DNA of 64,000 nt from Anaeramoeba ignava BMAN (lineage: Eukaryota; Protista; Anaeramoebae). Positions 43,789 to 57,283 of this stretch are shown one piece after another. Every line of letters starts with the position of its first letter. Position 1 is the first letter of the stretch. The notes under the pieces are model-generated. The model searched no databases. It was not told where the DNA came from and saw only the letters and a program-made list of their open reading frames with translations. The DNA is taken from the NCBI GenBank assembly GCA_028826165.1, contig JAPDFW010000058.1, positions 496,001 to 560,000 of the forward strand. The letters are read 5' to 3'. The translations under genes were made by a program, and so were the position numbers.

Positions 43789-43805
43789 GTTGAAAAACTA
43801 AAATA

Positions 43806-46800
43806 ATGTCAGAAAGAAATCGAGGAAATGATGAAACAAGAAATAGAACTGTTATTATAGTCCAAAGACAACAAGAACCAACAGAACTTGAAACATTATT
43901 TGAATTTTTCCGAACATTTCACAACCATTTGAATCATTCTAATGAACACAATCACATATCAACTAATCAAAAGTATATAAAAATTTATTATTAAAATTGA
44001 AAAATCGAAAAAACATATAAAATGATATAATTAAAAAATCCTTCATTATTATATTTTCAATAAAGCGCGCCAATACAACAAAATATAAATAGAATTTCTC
44101 AACCAGAAAATTCGAACACACAAGAAATATCTCAACAATTAAAACCAACAGAAGAAAAAGAAATGATCAAATTGATCATCAAAACACTTGGTAAATTAGG
44201 ATATAAAAAATCAGCAAAAAAACTAGAAAAAGAATCAGGAATTCAAGCAGAACATAAAATTATGGTTCTCTTCAGGCAAAAAATTATTGAGGGAAAATGG
44301 AATGATGCAATTTTTATTGCAGAAAATTTTTTAATTTCAAATCCTTTAGAATTGTCAAAAACAAAGTATTTAATTTATAAGCAAAAAATGAAAGAATTGG
44401 CAAGTAAATCGAGGAATCAAGAAGCTATTTATTGTCTTCAAAAGGAAATTAGTCCAAATATCGATTCTTGGCAACAAAAAAAAACAGCAAAAATTCTTTT
44501 GGAGCATTCAATCAAAAATATAAATCAAAATATAAATGAAAATATAAATGAAAATATAAATGAAAATATAAATGAAAATATAAATGAAAATATAAATACA
44601 AATACAAATCAAAATATAAATCAAAATATAAATCAAAATATAAATCAAAATACAAATGAAAATACAAATGAAAATACAAATGAAAATACAAATCAAAATA
44701 TAAATCAAAATACAAATGAAAATACAAATCAAAATATAAATCAAAATATAAATCAAAATATAAATCAAAATATAAATGAAAATATAAATCAAAATATAAA
44801 TCAAAATACAAATCAAAATATAAATCAAAATACAAATGAAAATACAAATCAAAATATAAATGAAAATACAAATGAAAATATAAACCAAAATACAAATGAA
44901 AAGAAAACTCATTCCACAAGAAAAAAAAGAAAGAAAAATATTAAAAATGATGGATATCAAATAAAAAATCATAAACACAACAAGAAATCAAATTCAAATT
45001 CAAAATCAAATTCAAAATCAGAAAAAAATTCAAAATCAGAAAAAAATTCAAATTCAAATTCAAAATCAAATTCAAAATCAAATTCAAATTTAAATTCAAA
45101 TTCAAATTCAGAATCAGAAAAAAATTCAAAATCAGAAAAAAATTCAAATTCAAATCCAAATCCAAATTCAAATTCAAATTCAAATTTAAATTTAAATTCA
45201 AATTCAAATTCAAATTCAAATTCAAATTCAAATTCAAATTCAAATTCAAATTTAAATTCAAAATCAAATTCAAATTCAAATTCAAATTCAAATTTAAAAT
45301 CAAATTTAAAATCAAATCCAAATTCAAAATCAAATTCAAATCCAAATTCAAATTCAAATTCAAATTCAAAATCAAATTTAAAATCAAATCCAAATTCAAA
45401 ATCAAATTCAAATTTAAATCCAAATTCAAATTCAAATTCAAAATCAAATTCAAATTCAAATTCAAATCCAAATTCAAATTCAAAATCAAAATCAAATTTA
45501 AAATCAAATTCAAATTTAAATAAATCAAATAAAGAACAAGAAGTTGATAAAGAAACCCAAGAAGCAAGAAAAAAATTATTTCACAAAATCCAAGAAATGA
45601 TACCAAAAGTTATAACAACATCAGAAAATCGATTGATTGAGATACTTCTTTCAAATTTAGAAGGACAAAAACTTCGAATTTCATCAAGATCCAAGGATTT
45701 AACTGAACAAATACCACCAACTTTACTGGAATCATTTCCTTTAGAAATTCCCAAACATATGTTTCCAAGTACTGATTGTTTAACAATTTGCGAGCATAAT
45801 CAAGAAATAACAGCACTTGATTTTTCACATGACGGAAAATATTTGGCAACAGTTTCTCGAGATGGTTTTTGCAATGTTTATCAGATTTTTGATTATACTT
45901 TTATAAAGAAATCTAAATTTTCCACAAATTTCCTTCCTTTTATTGATTGCAAGTTTTCAAATAATCCACTATTTAGTTATTTAATGACTTTAAATGAGGA
46001 TGGATTGATTTCAATTTGGGATGTTAAATCAAATCAATTAATATCTCAATTTTGGTGTATAAACAATTCAAAAAATCACACTAAAAATTTGGAAAAAATA
46101 CAAAATTCTATTGAGATTTGTAATAAGAAATGTGGTGTTCCTTCAGTAGATATTGATGATATTGATGATAATTTTAATGATAATGATATTTGTGATCAAG
46201 AAAAGAAAGGAAAAAATTCAAAAAATTCAAACAATTCAAAAAATTTAGATAATTCAAAAAATACAAAAAATTCAAAAAATTCAAAAAATTCAAAAAATTC
46301 AAACAATTCAAAAGATTTAGATAATTCAAAAAATTCAAACAATTTAGAAAATTCAAACAATTTAGAAAATTCAAAAAATAATAGAAATGAAAATAAGGAA
46401 AATTTTTTACATTTTAAAAACATGTATTATTCAACAAAAACCAAAACAAACCGTACAAATTTTTACTGGAATCGAAACAGATTAATGCCCAAATATGAAA
46501 ACACCAACAAAAACATACATAAAAAACCCCAAAGCGCACCAAAATGCATTTGGCTTGATGAAAAAGAGAAGAAAATATTAACAACATCAGAAAAAACAAG
46601 CGAAATCATTGTTTGGAATTATGAAAAAAAAGAGATCATAATACGAATAGATTTTGAATCGACAACAGTAGTTGATATTGGAATTTCAACGCATTTAGGA
46701 GGAGTTTTAGTGGCAATAAATAATCCATCAGAAGTTTACCAATTGGATCTTGAAAAATTAAAACAAGGAAATCAATCAATTTTACAAACAATTAAATTCT

Positions 46801-47249
46801 CAAGTGAAATTTCATCAATATCAGTCTCAGATAACGGAAAATTCTGTTTAGTAAATAAAAAAAACAGCAAGATCAAACACTTGGATTTAAGTGATGGATT
46901 AAAAAGAAGAAGGACTTTTTACGATGAACAGTCTCCAAAAAATCAAAACATTAAGGCGTGTTATATCGGTTCAAGAAACCGTTTTATTGCAAGAGGAATT
47001 GATACTGATATAGCCATTTGGGAGACTAAATTTGATGGCGAGCCCTTGAATTTCATTGCTGGTAATCGTTCTCAAATCAAGTGCATTGCCAAAAATCCTA
47101 TTTCTTCTTCCCAAATACCTCATATGATGGCTTCAGGTGGTTCGTTAGGTGATGTTAAGATTTGGATTTCTCAACCTTTTAGAAGAGTTTTATCTGATGA
47201 AATGTTTTCCAAAATTGAGAATTTTGATCCAAAAAAAGATCTTAAATAA
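43806..47249 (+). CDS. WDR26/Gid7-like LisH-CTLH-WD40 protein with long N/S-rich inserts
   Basis: Exon 1 43806-43972 and intron 43973-44065 splice in frame. LisH (IIKTLGKLGYKKSAKKLEKESG), CTLH (FRQKIIEGKWNDA), ENRLIEIL, WD40 (FSHDGKYLATVSRDG; MMASGGSLGDVKIW). Confidence 0.8.
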
Positions 47250-47433
47250 TTAAATAAGAAAAACAAATATTTTTTTTTTATAAAAAGAAAATTTTTTTAA
47301 ATATTAAAAATCAAAAATCAAAAATCATTTTTTTCATTTTTATAAAATAAAATTAAAATTAAATTAAATCAAAATTAAAATTAAAATAAAATCAAATTAA
47401 ATTTAAATCAAATTAAATCAAAATTCAAATTAA

Positions 47434-48126
47434 ATGGATCAAACACAAAAACAATATTATGCAAAAAAAACAGAAGAACAAATAAAACGAACACAAAAAG
47501 TTGGATTTGAAAGAAACACAATTCAATATCGAGGAGAAGAATCAGTACAAAAAGATGGTTCAGGATATTCAAGAATTAAGAAACTAAGAAGTTCAACAGA
47601 AACAAGTGAAAAAGGTAATTTTGAAAAGGAATTTGAAGCTACTCAAAGAATTCTTCAGGATCTCTTGTGGATTTTCAAGCACAATCCTCAAAAATTAGCT
47701 CCACTTAAAGATATAACTCGACCTGTTATTGAAACTATGCAAACTGGTTCTAAAAAAAATTTTTTTGTTAATTTGAGTTTTTCTCATGATTTTGATTCAA
47801 ATTTTTCTCATATTTCTCATGATTTATTTAAAAATAATTTGGATAAGATTAATGAATTTGAAGATATTACTTCTATGGAAATTATAAGTAATAGAAGAAG
47901 ATGTGATAAACCTTTTATGTGTAATTCTACTTGGTAATTTATTTAATTAAATATAAAATATAAAATATTTAAATATTATTAATCTGTTTTTAATTATAGT
48001 GATACAATTTTTAATCCAGATAAATATTTACATCGTTTTCATGGAAAAGAACAATTTAAAGAAAAACCTAAATTTGAAAATCCAACATGTCAATGTGAAC
48101 TTCTTCAAAAACCAAAAGTAAATTAA
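47434..48126 (+). CDS. Hypothetical protein with C-terminal Cys/His cluster
   Basis: Exon 47434-47933, intron 47934-47999, exon 48000-48126 give CDKPFMCNSTCDTIFNPDKYLHRFH...CQC. Confidence 0.6.
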
Positions 48127-48547
48127 AATTAAAATTTAAATTAAAATTTAAAATTAAAATTTAAATTAAAATCTTTATTTAATTTTTAAAAAAATATAAA
48201 AATAAAAAGCCAATCGATTTTAATATTAAAAATGAACAACAACTTTGTCAAGTTTTACAAAAAAAATTAAAAAAAATGAGAACAAAAAGAAAAATAAATT
48301 GAAATTAAAATTAAAATTGAAATTAAAATTAAAATTATTTTTGATTTTTTTTTTATTAAACTGTTCCAAAAAGTACCAAAAAAAAAAAAAGAAGTCCAAG
48401 TAAAAAAATCAAGTAAAAAAGTAAAAAGAAAAAAGTGAAAAGAAAAAAAAAACAAAAGCAAAAAAACCACTTGCTTAAATCGGAAAAAAAAAAGAAAAGA
48501 AAAAGAATGAAAAAAAGAAAGAAGAAAGAAGAAAGAAAGAAAGAGAA

Positions 48548-51500
48548 TCAAATATCCAAATCATCAATAATGTTATCATCATAATAACGAGAATTAGCAG
48601 TTTTTTGAGGTTTTGCTTGTTGAGTTGTAGTTTGAGCGGTTTTATTTGGAGCCAAACTAGAACGACTTCCATATATGGATGACATTGAAAGGTGTTTCAT
48701 TTGGTAATCAGTTTGACCTTTACGCCATTTGATGTTTGTTTTTGTTGAAGGTAAAATATCTTCGACTTTGACATCTTCGTTACTTTTTCTTCTTTTGATA
48801 TAAAAGACGCCGCCTACAATTAAAGCAGCACCAGCGAGTCCACCGATGATTCCACCAGCAATAGCACCAGCGTTTGTGCTGCTTCCGCTGTCTGTAGCAG
48901 GAGGTTGAGGAGATGTGCCGTTGATGATAGTTTTGACAGAATTGTTTGCGGCGAAATTTGACATATGATTGCAAGAACATAAGACATTAGCATTTCCTGG
49001 GTCAGTTAAAAAGCAACCATCTGATGACCACATTGAGCTACTCTCTTCCCAGCTCATACAGTTATACTGGTATTCCGAGCTGTTGAATTCTCCTTTTTTC
49101 GGGATATAAATGCCGAAAACGTTGTTCAAGTCTTTAAAATCCATAGCATTTCCGTTACAGTCCCAAAATGTGACTTGCTTTACGCCGGTATAAAGTTGCA
49201 AACTTGATTCTGCGGCGAATGGATTGATGCCGAAATCCACAATGGAGATCATGAATGTGTCGCAACTTCCCAACTTGTATGCAATCGCTGGGAAAAGAGA
49301 TGTTGAAATTTCCAGTTGGTTCATCAGCGTTATGCCCGAGTATGTTGTGAACGATGTAGCATAAGTTGTAATTGATGTATTGCTAGACTGATATGTTGTG
49401 CTTGAGAAAATTTGTGCTGAATTTCCGCTAATTTTTGCCATGCTTTGAAGAAATCCTGACAAGCTCTGAATAATTGAGGATGTATCAAATTCTTGCACAA
49501 TAGCAAGGATCTGTTGTAACGTATCAAAAAGCCCCATGTCAATTTCGTCTTTCATCTCATTTCCTAATTCTTGGAGATAGTTGGCTGCGTCAATCGCAGT
49601 TGTCTTTGCTGTGGCTGTCAATGTCGTTGTGTTTTTCAAAAGCTTATTCAAAATATATGCCAATGCTCTCATCTCTTCTTTGCAAGTAACGTCAATTATT
49701 CCACTCACTGTCTTGTTGTAGTTGTCAAGAAGCTTCTCGTAAACAGTTTCGTTGAGTTCGTATTGATCGGCAAATCCGACGGCAAGAAGAAGTTTCATTC
49801 TTGCGGCGCCAAAGTCGGAATTGGTGATTGAAACGCTCATGTCGTTGTCAATGAAATCGAGAATGAAATCATCTGGAGATGCTTGTGTCTCTGTCGAGTT
49901 GGCATTGATTTCAACTTCGACCATAGAATCGGCGGTTAAAATTCCGGCATAAACTTTTTCCACTCCCGGCGGAACAAAAGTGCGGAAACTGGATTGTGTC
50001 AAAAGATTTGAAAGAGGGATCATTTTCTCGCCGTCTTTTATGTAGAAAATATAATTCAGTTCCTGTCCCATTGGTGCAACCCAATTCTCGCAAATGAAGG
50101 TGAAATTGGTGCTAAATGAGTCTCCTGAGGCTGGAGCACCTGAGCAAATTCCCCCAACGGCTGGAGGAGCAGTCGTGAATTTGATTGGAATCGAGCCCAT
50201 TATGTCATAGCCTGAAGAAGTAGTACTGAAATCGAGTCTAAATTCATAAGTCTCACTTGCGTTGAATGTGTTCGCTGGGAAGACAATACCGCCTTCCGTT
50301 TTTGTAACGCCGTTTCCGGAGAAATCATATTTCCCGTCAACTGAAACCCATGTCAATGTAAAATGGTTTTCAATGTCACTTATAAACTGTCCATCAAATC
50401 TCGCCATCAATGTCAATGTGTTTGATGCGTCTGCTGGATATGACATCATTTTGATTATTCCATTCGCTTGACTGTCATCAACAACCTGCACAAATCCGAA
50501 TACTGTCAGTGATTCGCGCGAGTCGTTGGTTGTCACAACAAGACTGATGTAGTATCTTCCCAAAGAAAGTAAGTTTGCTGGCAATGTCAAGTATGAGTTT
50601 GTCAATGTCATCAATTGGCATGGATTGCCTTGGTCATCCTCGCAAGTCCATTTGTATGTCATTGGCATCCCGGCTGGATCTGAAGAATCCGATCCATCAA
50701 TTGTAAGAGAATCTGATGCGTGGATTGTAACAAATTGTGGGGTCATAACAGCTATTGGAACTGGATCCTCAATAAAAACAGTGACAGTTGAAGTTGTTGA
50801 TCCGGATACTTGGACAGTGACATCATACGAAGCTAAATTCAATCCTGTTGTGTTAAATCTCAATTCGGGAAAGGTGTCAACGCCAGATATGTCAACGCCT
50901 GCCATTGTCCATTGATAACTATAAGATCCTGAATTTCCGCAATTAGAGACTATCGCTTGTAAGATAAGAGTATCTCCCCGTTTGACTCTGAGTGAGCCTG
51001 CAATCCCAACGCTTATAGCAGGTGTTGAGGGAATATTCAACGAAAATCCAGTTGATTGATTATTTTCCATTATGAAGTTTGCCAGTTCAAGTGTAAAATT
51101 ATAATAACAATCCGTTTCGAGCTCTGAATATGGAATATCGACAAGGAGATCACCTTGACTTGAAGCTATATCGAGGATGGTATCAATATTTGCCGTACTA
51201 GAGCAATCAGAAGAAAGAGACCAAACAACGTTTTTGAATTTTCTGCCAACAGCACCAGTTGATCCAGTTGCGTCGAGATAAAGATTCTCGCATGTGTTTC
51301 CTAGTGTTTCAGCCCAAAAAACTGGCACAGCTTGTTCAGGATTATCTGCTGCTTCGATTGTGAAAGATTTTCCTGATAAGTTTAGCCATGTGTAAGTGGT
51401 AAGTCTTATGTTTGTTGTGAATCCTATTGCAGTTCCTACTGTAAAGTCTGAATCGTATCCTAATTCTACTTCTAATGTTTTTGCATCTTTCCATGTGCAG

Positions 51501-52310
51501 ACTGATGATGTTCCAAGGTTGAATCCATAACCCCCTCTATATAGGTCTGGTTCTTGAATGAAATCTGAGCAATCGGTACTGTTATATTTGTTTGTTTCTC
51601 CAGAGAATATTACCATCAGTTTTCCATCGTCAGTAAATTTAAGTGAATCAACAGTGAAGTCTATATTTTTATTTAAAATATTTATTATATTTAAATTTAT
51701 TATTATTAAATTTATTATATTTATTATATTTATATTTATATTAAATTTATTATATTTATATTAAATTTATATTTATATTTATTATATTTATATTTATTAT
51801 ATTTATATTTTTTATATTTATATTAAATTTATTATATTTATATTTATTAAATTTATATTTATTAAATTTATATTTATATTATATTTATATTTATATTATA
51901 TTTATATTTATATTTATATTTATATTTATATTTATATTTATATTTATATTTATATTTATATTTATATTTATTATATTTATATTAAATTTATTATATTTAT
52001 ATTTATATTTATATTTTTTAATTTTATTTATTTTTTTTGCTTATTAAAAAAAATTTGCTTTTTTTTTTGTCAATTCTTCTTTTAAAAAAAAATTAAAAAA
52101 AAAATATAATTTTTTACCTGGACATTCATTATAAAACCAATAATCACAAGTATCTGTAGTTGGGCCTAAATAAGTTCCATTTACACATACTTGAATTGTG
52201 TCATTACAGCACCAACCCTGACCTCCATATTCTAGTGAAAGACAAGTTGGACAATCAGTTGAAAATCCTAATGTTATCAAAACAGAAAGAAGTAAGATCA
52301 CTCGCAACAT
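48548..52310 (-). CDS. Single-pass receptor: signal peptide, Cys-rich (PSI-like) domain, PKD/REJ region, GAIN/GPS, one TM, cytoplasmic tail
   Basis: Exon 1 52310-52118, intron 51661-52117. REJ/PKD motifs (LDATGS, IDGSDSSDP...YKWTC, GGICSGAPASG...FTFICENW...LNYIF). GPS motif CMSW...WSSDGC...CSCNHMSNFA. TM AIAGGIIGGLAGAALIVGGVFYI followed by KRRK. Confidence 0.85.
51670..52015. repeat. Intronic (TATATT)n microsatellite
   Basis: Directly visible. Confidence 0.9.
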
Positions 52311-52742
52311 TAGAGAATTATTGAAAAAAAAAAAAAATGAATTAATAAAAATTATAAAGAAAAGGAAATTAAAGAAAAGAAAAAAATGAAAAAATGAAAA
52401 AAAAAAAATTAAAAAAAAAATTAAAAAAAAAATTTTTTAAACAATTAAAAATTAACGAAATGCCGGCTAGTTGATCATTTAATTTATTTTTTTATTTCTT
52501 TTTATCTTCTTCTTCTTCTTCTTTTTTTTTTGTTTAATTTAGTTATTTTAATGTTATAATTTTATAAATAAAAATAAATTAAAAATAAAAAAATTAAATT
52601 AAAAAAAAATAATTTTTAAAATGAATTTGAGTTGGGAATTTGTTTTTAAATCTTTCTAAAAATTCCAAAAAAAAAATGAGAGAAAAAATATTTAAATTTT
52701 TTAATTTTTTTAATTTTCATTTTTTTCTTTTTTTTAAAAATT

Positions 52743-55005
52743 ATGCAAAAAAAATTAAATTCAAAATCAAATAATATTTTTAAAGATCTTGCAAGTAATA
52801 AACTTGAAACAAGAGAACAAGCAATAAATCAACTTCAATTCTGGTTTCAAAACACAGAAATAAATCAATTAGAAATGTTAAAATTATGGAAAGCATTATT
52901 TTATAATTTTTGGTTAAGTGACAAAACAGAATTTCAAGTGAAATTAATGAATAAAATAATTTCTCTCACAAAATTTATTCAAGAAGAGCATTTAATGCTA
53001 TTTCTTGAAGCATTTCTTATTACAATGCAAAGAGAATGGAAAGGAATCGATTTTTATCGTTTAGACAAATATTATCTTTTTATGAGAAAAATTATTGCTC
53101 ATTTTTTAAGTTTTCTTCTTTCAAAAAATTTTTCTCAAACTTGGATTCAGAAATTTGACCTTGTTTTATTTAATACTATTTTTAGTCCAAATAAAGATGA
53201 TCTTTCAAAAGGCGTTACTCTTCATATTATTTCTATTTTTGTTGAAGAATTACGAAAAAATTGTTTTGATATTTCTATTGAAGTAATTTAAATTTAAATT
53301 TTAATTTTAATTTTAATTTTAATTTTAATTTTAATTTTAATTTTAATTTTAATTTTAATTTTAATTTTAATTTTAATTTTAATTTTAATTTTAATTTTAA
53401 TTTTAAATTTTAATTTTAATTTTAATTTTAATTTTAATTTTAATTTTAATTTTAATTTTAATTTTAATTTTAATTTTAATTTTAATTTTAATTTTAATTT
53501 TAATTTTATTTTTTATTTTAATTTTAATTTTAATTTTAATTTTAAAATGAATTTTAATTTTAATTTTTAATTTTATTATTAGAATCTTTGTTCTATTCTT
53601 CAATCTTTTTGGAAATTAATTACTGAAACAAATGATTTTACAATTATACAATATGTTCAAAGAAATATTTTCCAAAAAATAATCTCTATTGATGCTGCAA
53701 ATATTTTAGAAACAAATAATCAAGAAAAAGAAAAAGAAAAACAAAATGAAAAACAAAATTCTCTTTTTAAATCAACTGAGGATCTTAAATTCTTTCTTAC
53801 AAATTTATCAGAATCTCTCCTTAAATTAGCATCTTCTCGGTAAAAAATATTCAATTTAAATATATATTTAAATAAATATTCAATTCAAATAAATATTTAA
53901 TTTAAATAAATATTCAATTCAAAATAAATATTTAATTCAAAATAAATATTCAATTCAAATAAATATTTAATTCAAAAAAAATATTCAATTCAAATAAATA
54001 TTCAATTCAATTTAATTCAAAAAAATATTCAATTTAAATAAATATTCAATTTAAATAAATATTCAATTTAAATAAATATTCAATTTAAAATAAATATTCA
54101 ATTCAAAATAAATATTTAATTCAAATTTAAAATATTTTAATTTAAATAAATATTTAATTTAAATAAATATTTAATTCAAAATAAATATTTAATTTAAATA
54201 AATATTCAATTCAAATAAATATTCAATTCAAATAAATATTCAATTTAAAATAAATATTCAATTCAATTCAATTCAAAATAAATATTTAATTCAAATAAAT
54301 ATTCAATTTAAATATTTAATTTAAATAAATATTCAATTTAAATAAATATTCAATTCAAATAAATATTCAATTCAATTCAATTTAATTCAAATAAATATTT
54401 AATTTAAATATTCAATTCAAAATAAATATTCAATTCAAATAAATATTTAATTTAAATAAATATTTAATTTAAATAAATATTCAATTCAAAATAAATATTC
54501 AATTTAAATAAATATTCAATTTAAATAAATATTCAATTCAAATAAATATTTAATTCAAAATAAATATTTAATTTAAATAAATATTCAATTCAAAATAAAT
54601 ATTTAATTTAAATAAATATTCAATTTAAAATAAATATTCAAATTAAATTAAATATTCAATTTAAAAAAAATATTTAATTTAAATAGAGAAATTGCTCAAG
54701 AAAATAGAAATCAATTATATTCTTTTCGTCAAAAAGTTTTATTGATAAAATCTCAAATTTGGCCAGATGAAATTCTTCCAAATGAAATTAAATCAAATTT
54801 AAAAAAAAGAAAAGAACCTAATTTTTCACAAATTGATATCCAAAAATTACTTGAAGAAACATCAAAAAATTTTGATAATACAAAACAATTCAATAAAGTT
54901 CAACCCAAAAAACTTAGAAAAAAAATAAGAAAGAAAAAAAACGAAAAAAAACCAAAAAACAGAAAAAATAGAAAAATCAAAAAAAAAACGAACAAATTTA
55001 ATTAA
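52743..55005 (+). CDS. RRP1: Ribosomal RNA processing protein Rrp1/Nop52
   Basis: Motifs LASN...R, LKLWKALFYNFWLSDK, REWKGIDFYRLDKYY. Introns 53283-53582 and 53840-54686. ENRNQLY and a Lys-rich tail. Confidence 0.92.
53845..54680. repeat. Intronic ~17-bp repeat (AAATAAATATTCAATTC)n; the preceding intron (53290-53570) holds (TTTTAA)n
   Basis: Directly visible in the RRP1 introns. Confidence 0.93.
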
Positions 55006-55174
55006 ATTAAATTTAAATTAAATAATATAATAGAATTTTCTTCTCATTTTTAATAGAAAAATTCAAAAATTAAAAATTTAAATTCAAAATTAATCCATTT
55101 TTTTTTTGAATCATTTAATTGTGAAAAGCAAAAAAAAAATTAAGAAAAGAAAAAAAAAAGAAGAGGAATCAATT

Positions 55175-57283
55175 TTAAACCATTTCTAAATCATTCTCTT
55201 CATCATTAATTTTTTGTCTTCCATCAGTTTTTTGTCTTCTTTTCTTTCGATATCTTTGCATCATAATAATTCCTCCAATTAATAATCCAACTCCCATAAT
55301 TGAAACAAATACTCCAATCACAATATTTTGAGTTTGACCTGATTTATTATCTGTTGTTGGTGTTGGATTAGGAATTGAAGATGTTGTAACTGTTAATGTT
55401 GTTACTTCTCCACAAACTTCACTTGAATCACATGAAGAAACTTGAATTTCATATTCTTCATTTTCAATTTCTGCAATAAAGACTTTTTTGTTTGTTATTG
55501 ATTCATCATTTCCTGTATCATCTTTGTTTTTGGCTCGATAAGTGAAATTGTAATAATATGGATTGCTTGAACAGTTATTCGATGGAATCCAATCACATGT
55601 TATTGTAACTCCTTCAGAAACATGACATTCAAAGTTTTCTACTTTTTCAAAAAATGTTGAAATTCTTGTTTCAAATACTTCTCCTTGATCATCTCCTTGA
55701 CATGAATACGACCTACAAGCCCACATAGAAACAGAATAAATTTGTCCACATTCTAATTGATTAAGATATTGTGAAACTGTTGAATTTTGAATTGTTAAAG
55801 TTGATGGTGTTGCTTGTGTTTTTGCTTTATAATCCATTGTGTAATGATTGAAATTAGGTGAATTTCCTTTTATTGGAACATCAGGAATATCCCAAGAAAC
55901 ATTAAATGAACGAGTTGTTCTGTTTTTTAATTTGAAATTTTTGATAGAATCAATTCTTGTTGTTAAATTATGAAAGGAAGATGGATCACCACATTGCATT
56001 GTTAAATTATCACATCCTCGAATTTGGATTGAATAATTAACATTTCCACTTATATTATGATAATTTGATGAATTGAAATTTTGATAAAGAGTTGAACCTT
56101 GAACATTTGGTGATGTGATATTAGTCCAATTTGATCCATAATTGATTTGATAAACAATTTCTCTTGAAAAATCAATTTTATCCCAATAACATGAAAAAGA
56201 TGAATATAAGGGATTGCATGCCACAATATCAACTTGAGGAATGAAAAGAGATTGATAAAGAAATACTTGATCTGAACTTGGTGCTCCAATAACTACATAA
56301 TTTGTTGCAATACTAACACTTCTTCCAAATTTTGATAAATTTGTTTCATTTAATACTTTTTCATTATTCCAATCACTTCCATCATATCTGTAAATAAATG
56401 TTTGATTGAAATGAGGTGCTCCAATAACTGTAACATTTGTTGAAACTGAAACACTTTTTCCAAATTGTGATGAAATATCTTGAGTTAATACTTTTTCATT
56501 ATTCCAATCAATTCCATCGTATCTGTAAATGAATACTTCACTCATATTTGGTGCTCCAATAACTGTAACATTTGTTGAAACTGCAACACTTGAACCAAAA
56601 CTTAATGAATTTGATTGAGTTATTTCTTTATCAAGATTCCAATCACTTCCGTTATATCTGTAAATAAATGATTGATTTGAACCTGGAGCTCCAATAACTG
56701 TAACATTTGTTGAAACTGAAACACTTTTTCCAAATTGAGATGAAATTGATTGATTTAAAGTTTTTTCAAGATACCAATCACCATTATCATATCTATAAAT
56801 GAATGATTCACTTGAATCTGGAGCTCCAATAACTGTAACATTTGTTGAAACTGCAACACTTGAACCAAAACTTGGTGAATTTGATTGATTTAGTACTTTA
56901 TTAAGATTCCAATCAGTTCCATTATGTCTGTAAATAAATGATTGATTTGAACCTGGAGCTCCAATAACAATAACATTTCCTGAAACTGCAACACTTTTTC
57001 CAAATTGAGATGAATTTGATTGATTTAAAACTTTTTCAAGAATGAAATTTGAATCAATTTTTCGATAAACATTAACTTTTTCGAAAGAATAATTTGAAAT
57101 CACAAGAATATTTTGAGAAACATCAACACTCCATCCAAAATTTGATAAATTTTGACTTGATGAAAAAGTATCCAATAAGTACCAATCACCATTTGCAGAT
57201 TTTAGATAATCAACTTCTTCTTTTTGAGATTGAACTATTCCAAAAACACACAATATTATTATAAAAATAATAATTTTCTTCAT
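55175..57283 (-). CDS. Type I membrane protein: FG-GAP beta-propeller, FN3-like domains, TM (copy A)
   Basis: Signal peptide; seven FG.SV.VS.NV.VIGAP-type repeats; FN3-like SFNVSWD...Y...L.CGQIYSVS; TM IVIGVFVSIMGVGLLIGGIIM with a basic stop-transfer segment. Confidence 0.88.
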   Translation of the reverse strand: MKKIIIFIIILCVFGIVQSQKEEVDYLKSANGDWYLLDTFSSSQNLSNFGWSVDVSQNILVISNYSFEKVNVYRKIDSNFILEKVLNQSNSSQFGKSVAVSGNVIVIGAPGSNQSFIYRHNGTDWNLNKVLNQSNSPSFGSSVAVSTNVTVIGAPDSSESFIYRYDNGDWYLEKTLNQSISSQFGKSVSVSTNVTVIGAPGSNQSFIYRYNGSDWNLDKEITQSNSLSFGSSVAVSTNVTVIGAPNMSEVFIYRYDGIDWNNEKVLTQDISSQFGKSVSVSTNVTVIGAPHFNQTFIYRYDGSDWNNEKVLNETNLSKFGRSVSIATNYVVIGAPSSDQVFLYQSLFIPQVDIVACNPLYSSFSCYWDKIDFSREIVYQINYGSNWTNITSPNVQGSTLYQNFNSSNYHNISGNVNYSIQIRGCDNLTMQCGDPSSFHNLTTRIDSIKNFKLKNRTTRSFNVSWDIPDVPIKGNSPNFNHYTMDYKAKTQATPSTLTIQNSTVSQYLNQLECGQIYSVSMWACRSYSCQGDDQGEVFETRISTFFEKVENFECHVSEGVTITCDWIPSNNCSSNPYYYNFTYRAKNKDDTGNDESITNKKVFIAEIENEEYEIQVSSCDSSEVCGEVTTLTVTTSSIPNPTPTTDNKSGQTQNIVIGVFVSIMGVGLLIGGIIMMQRYRKKRRQKTDGRQKINDEENDLEMV

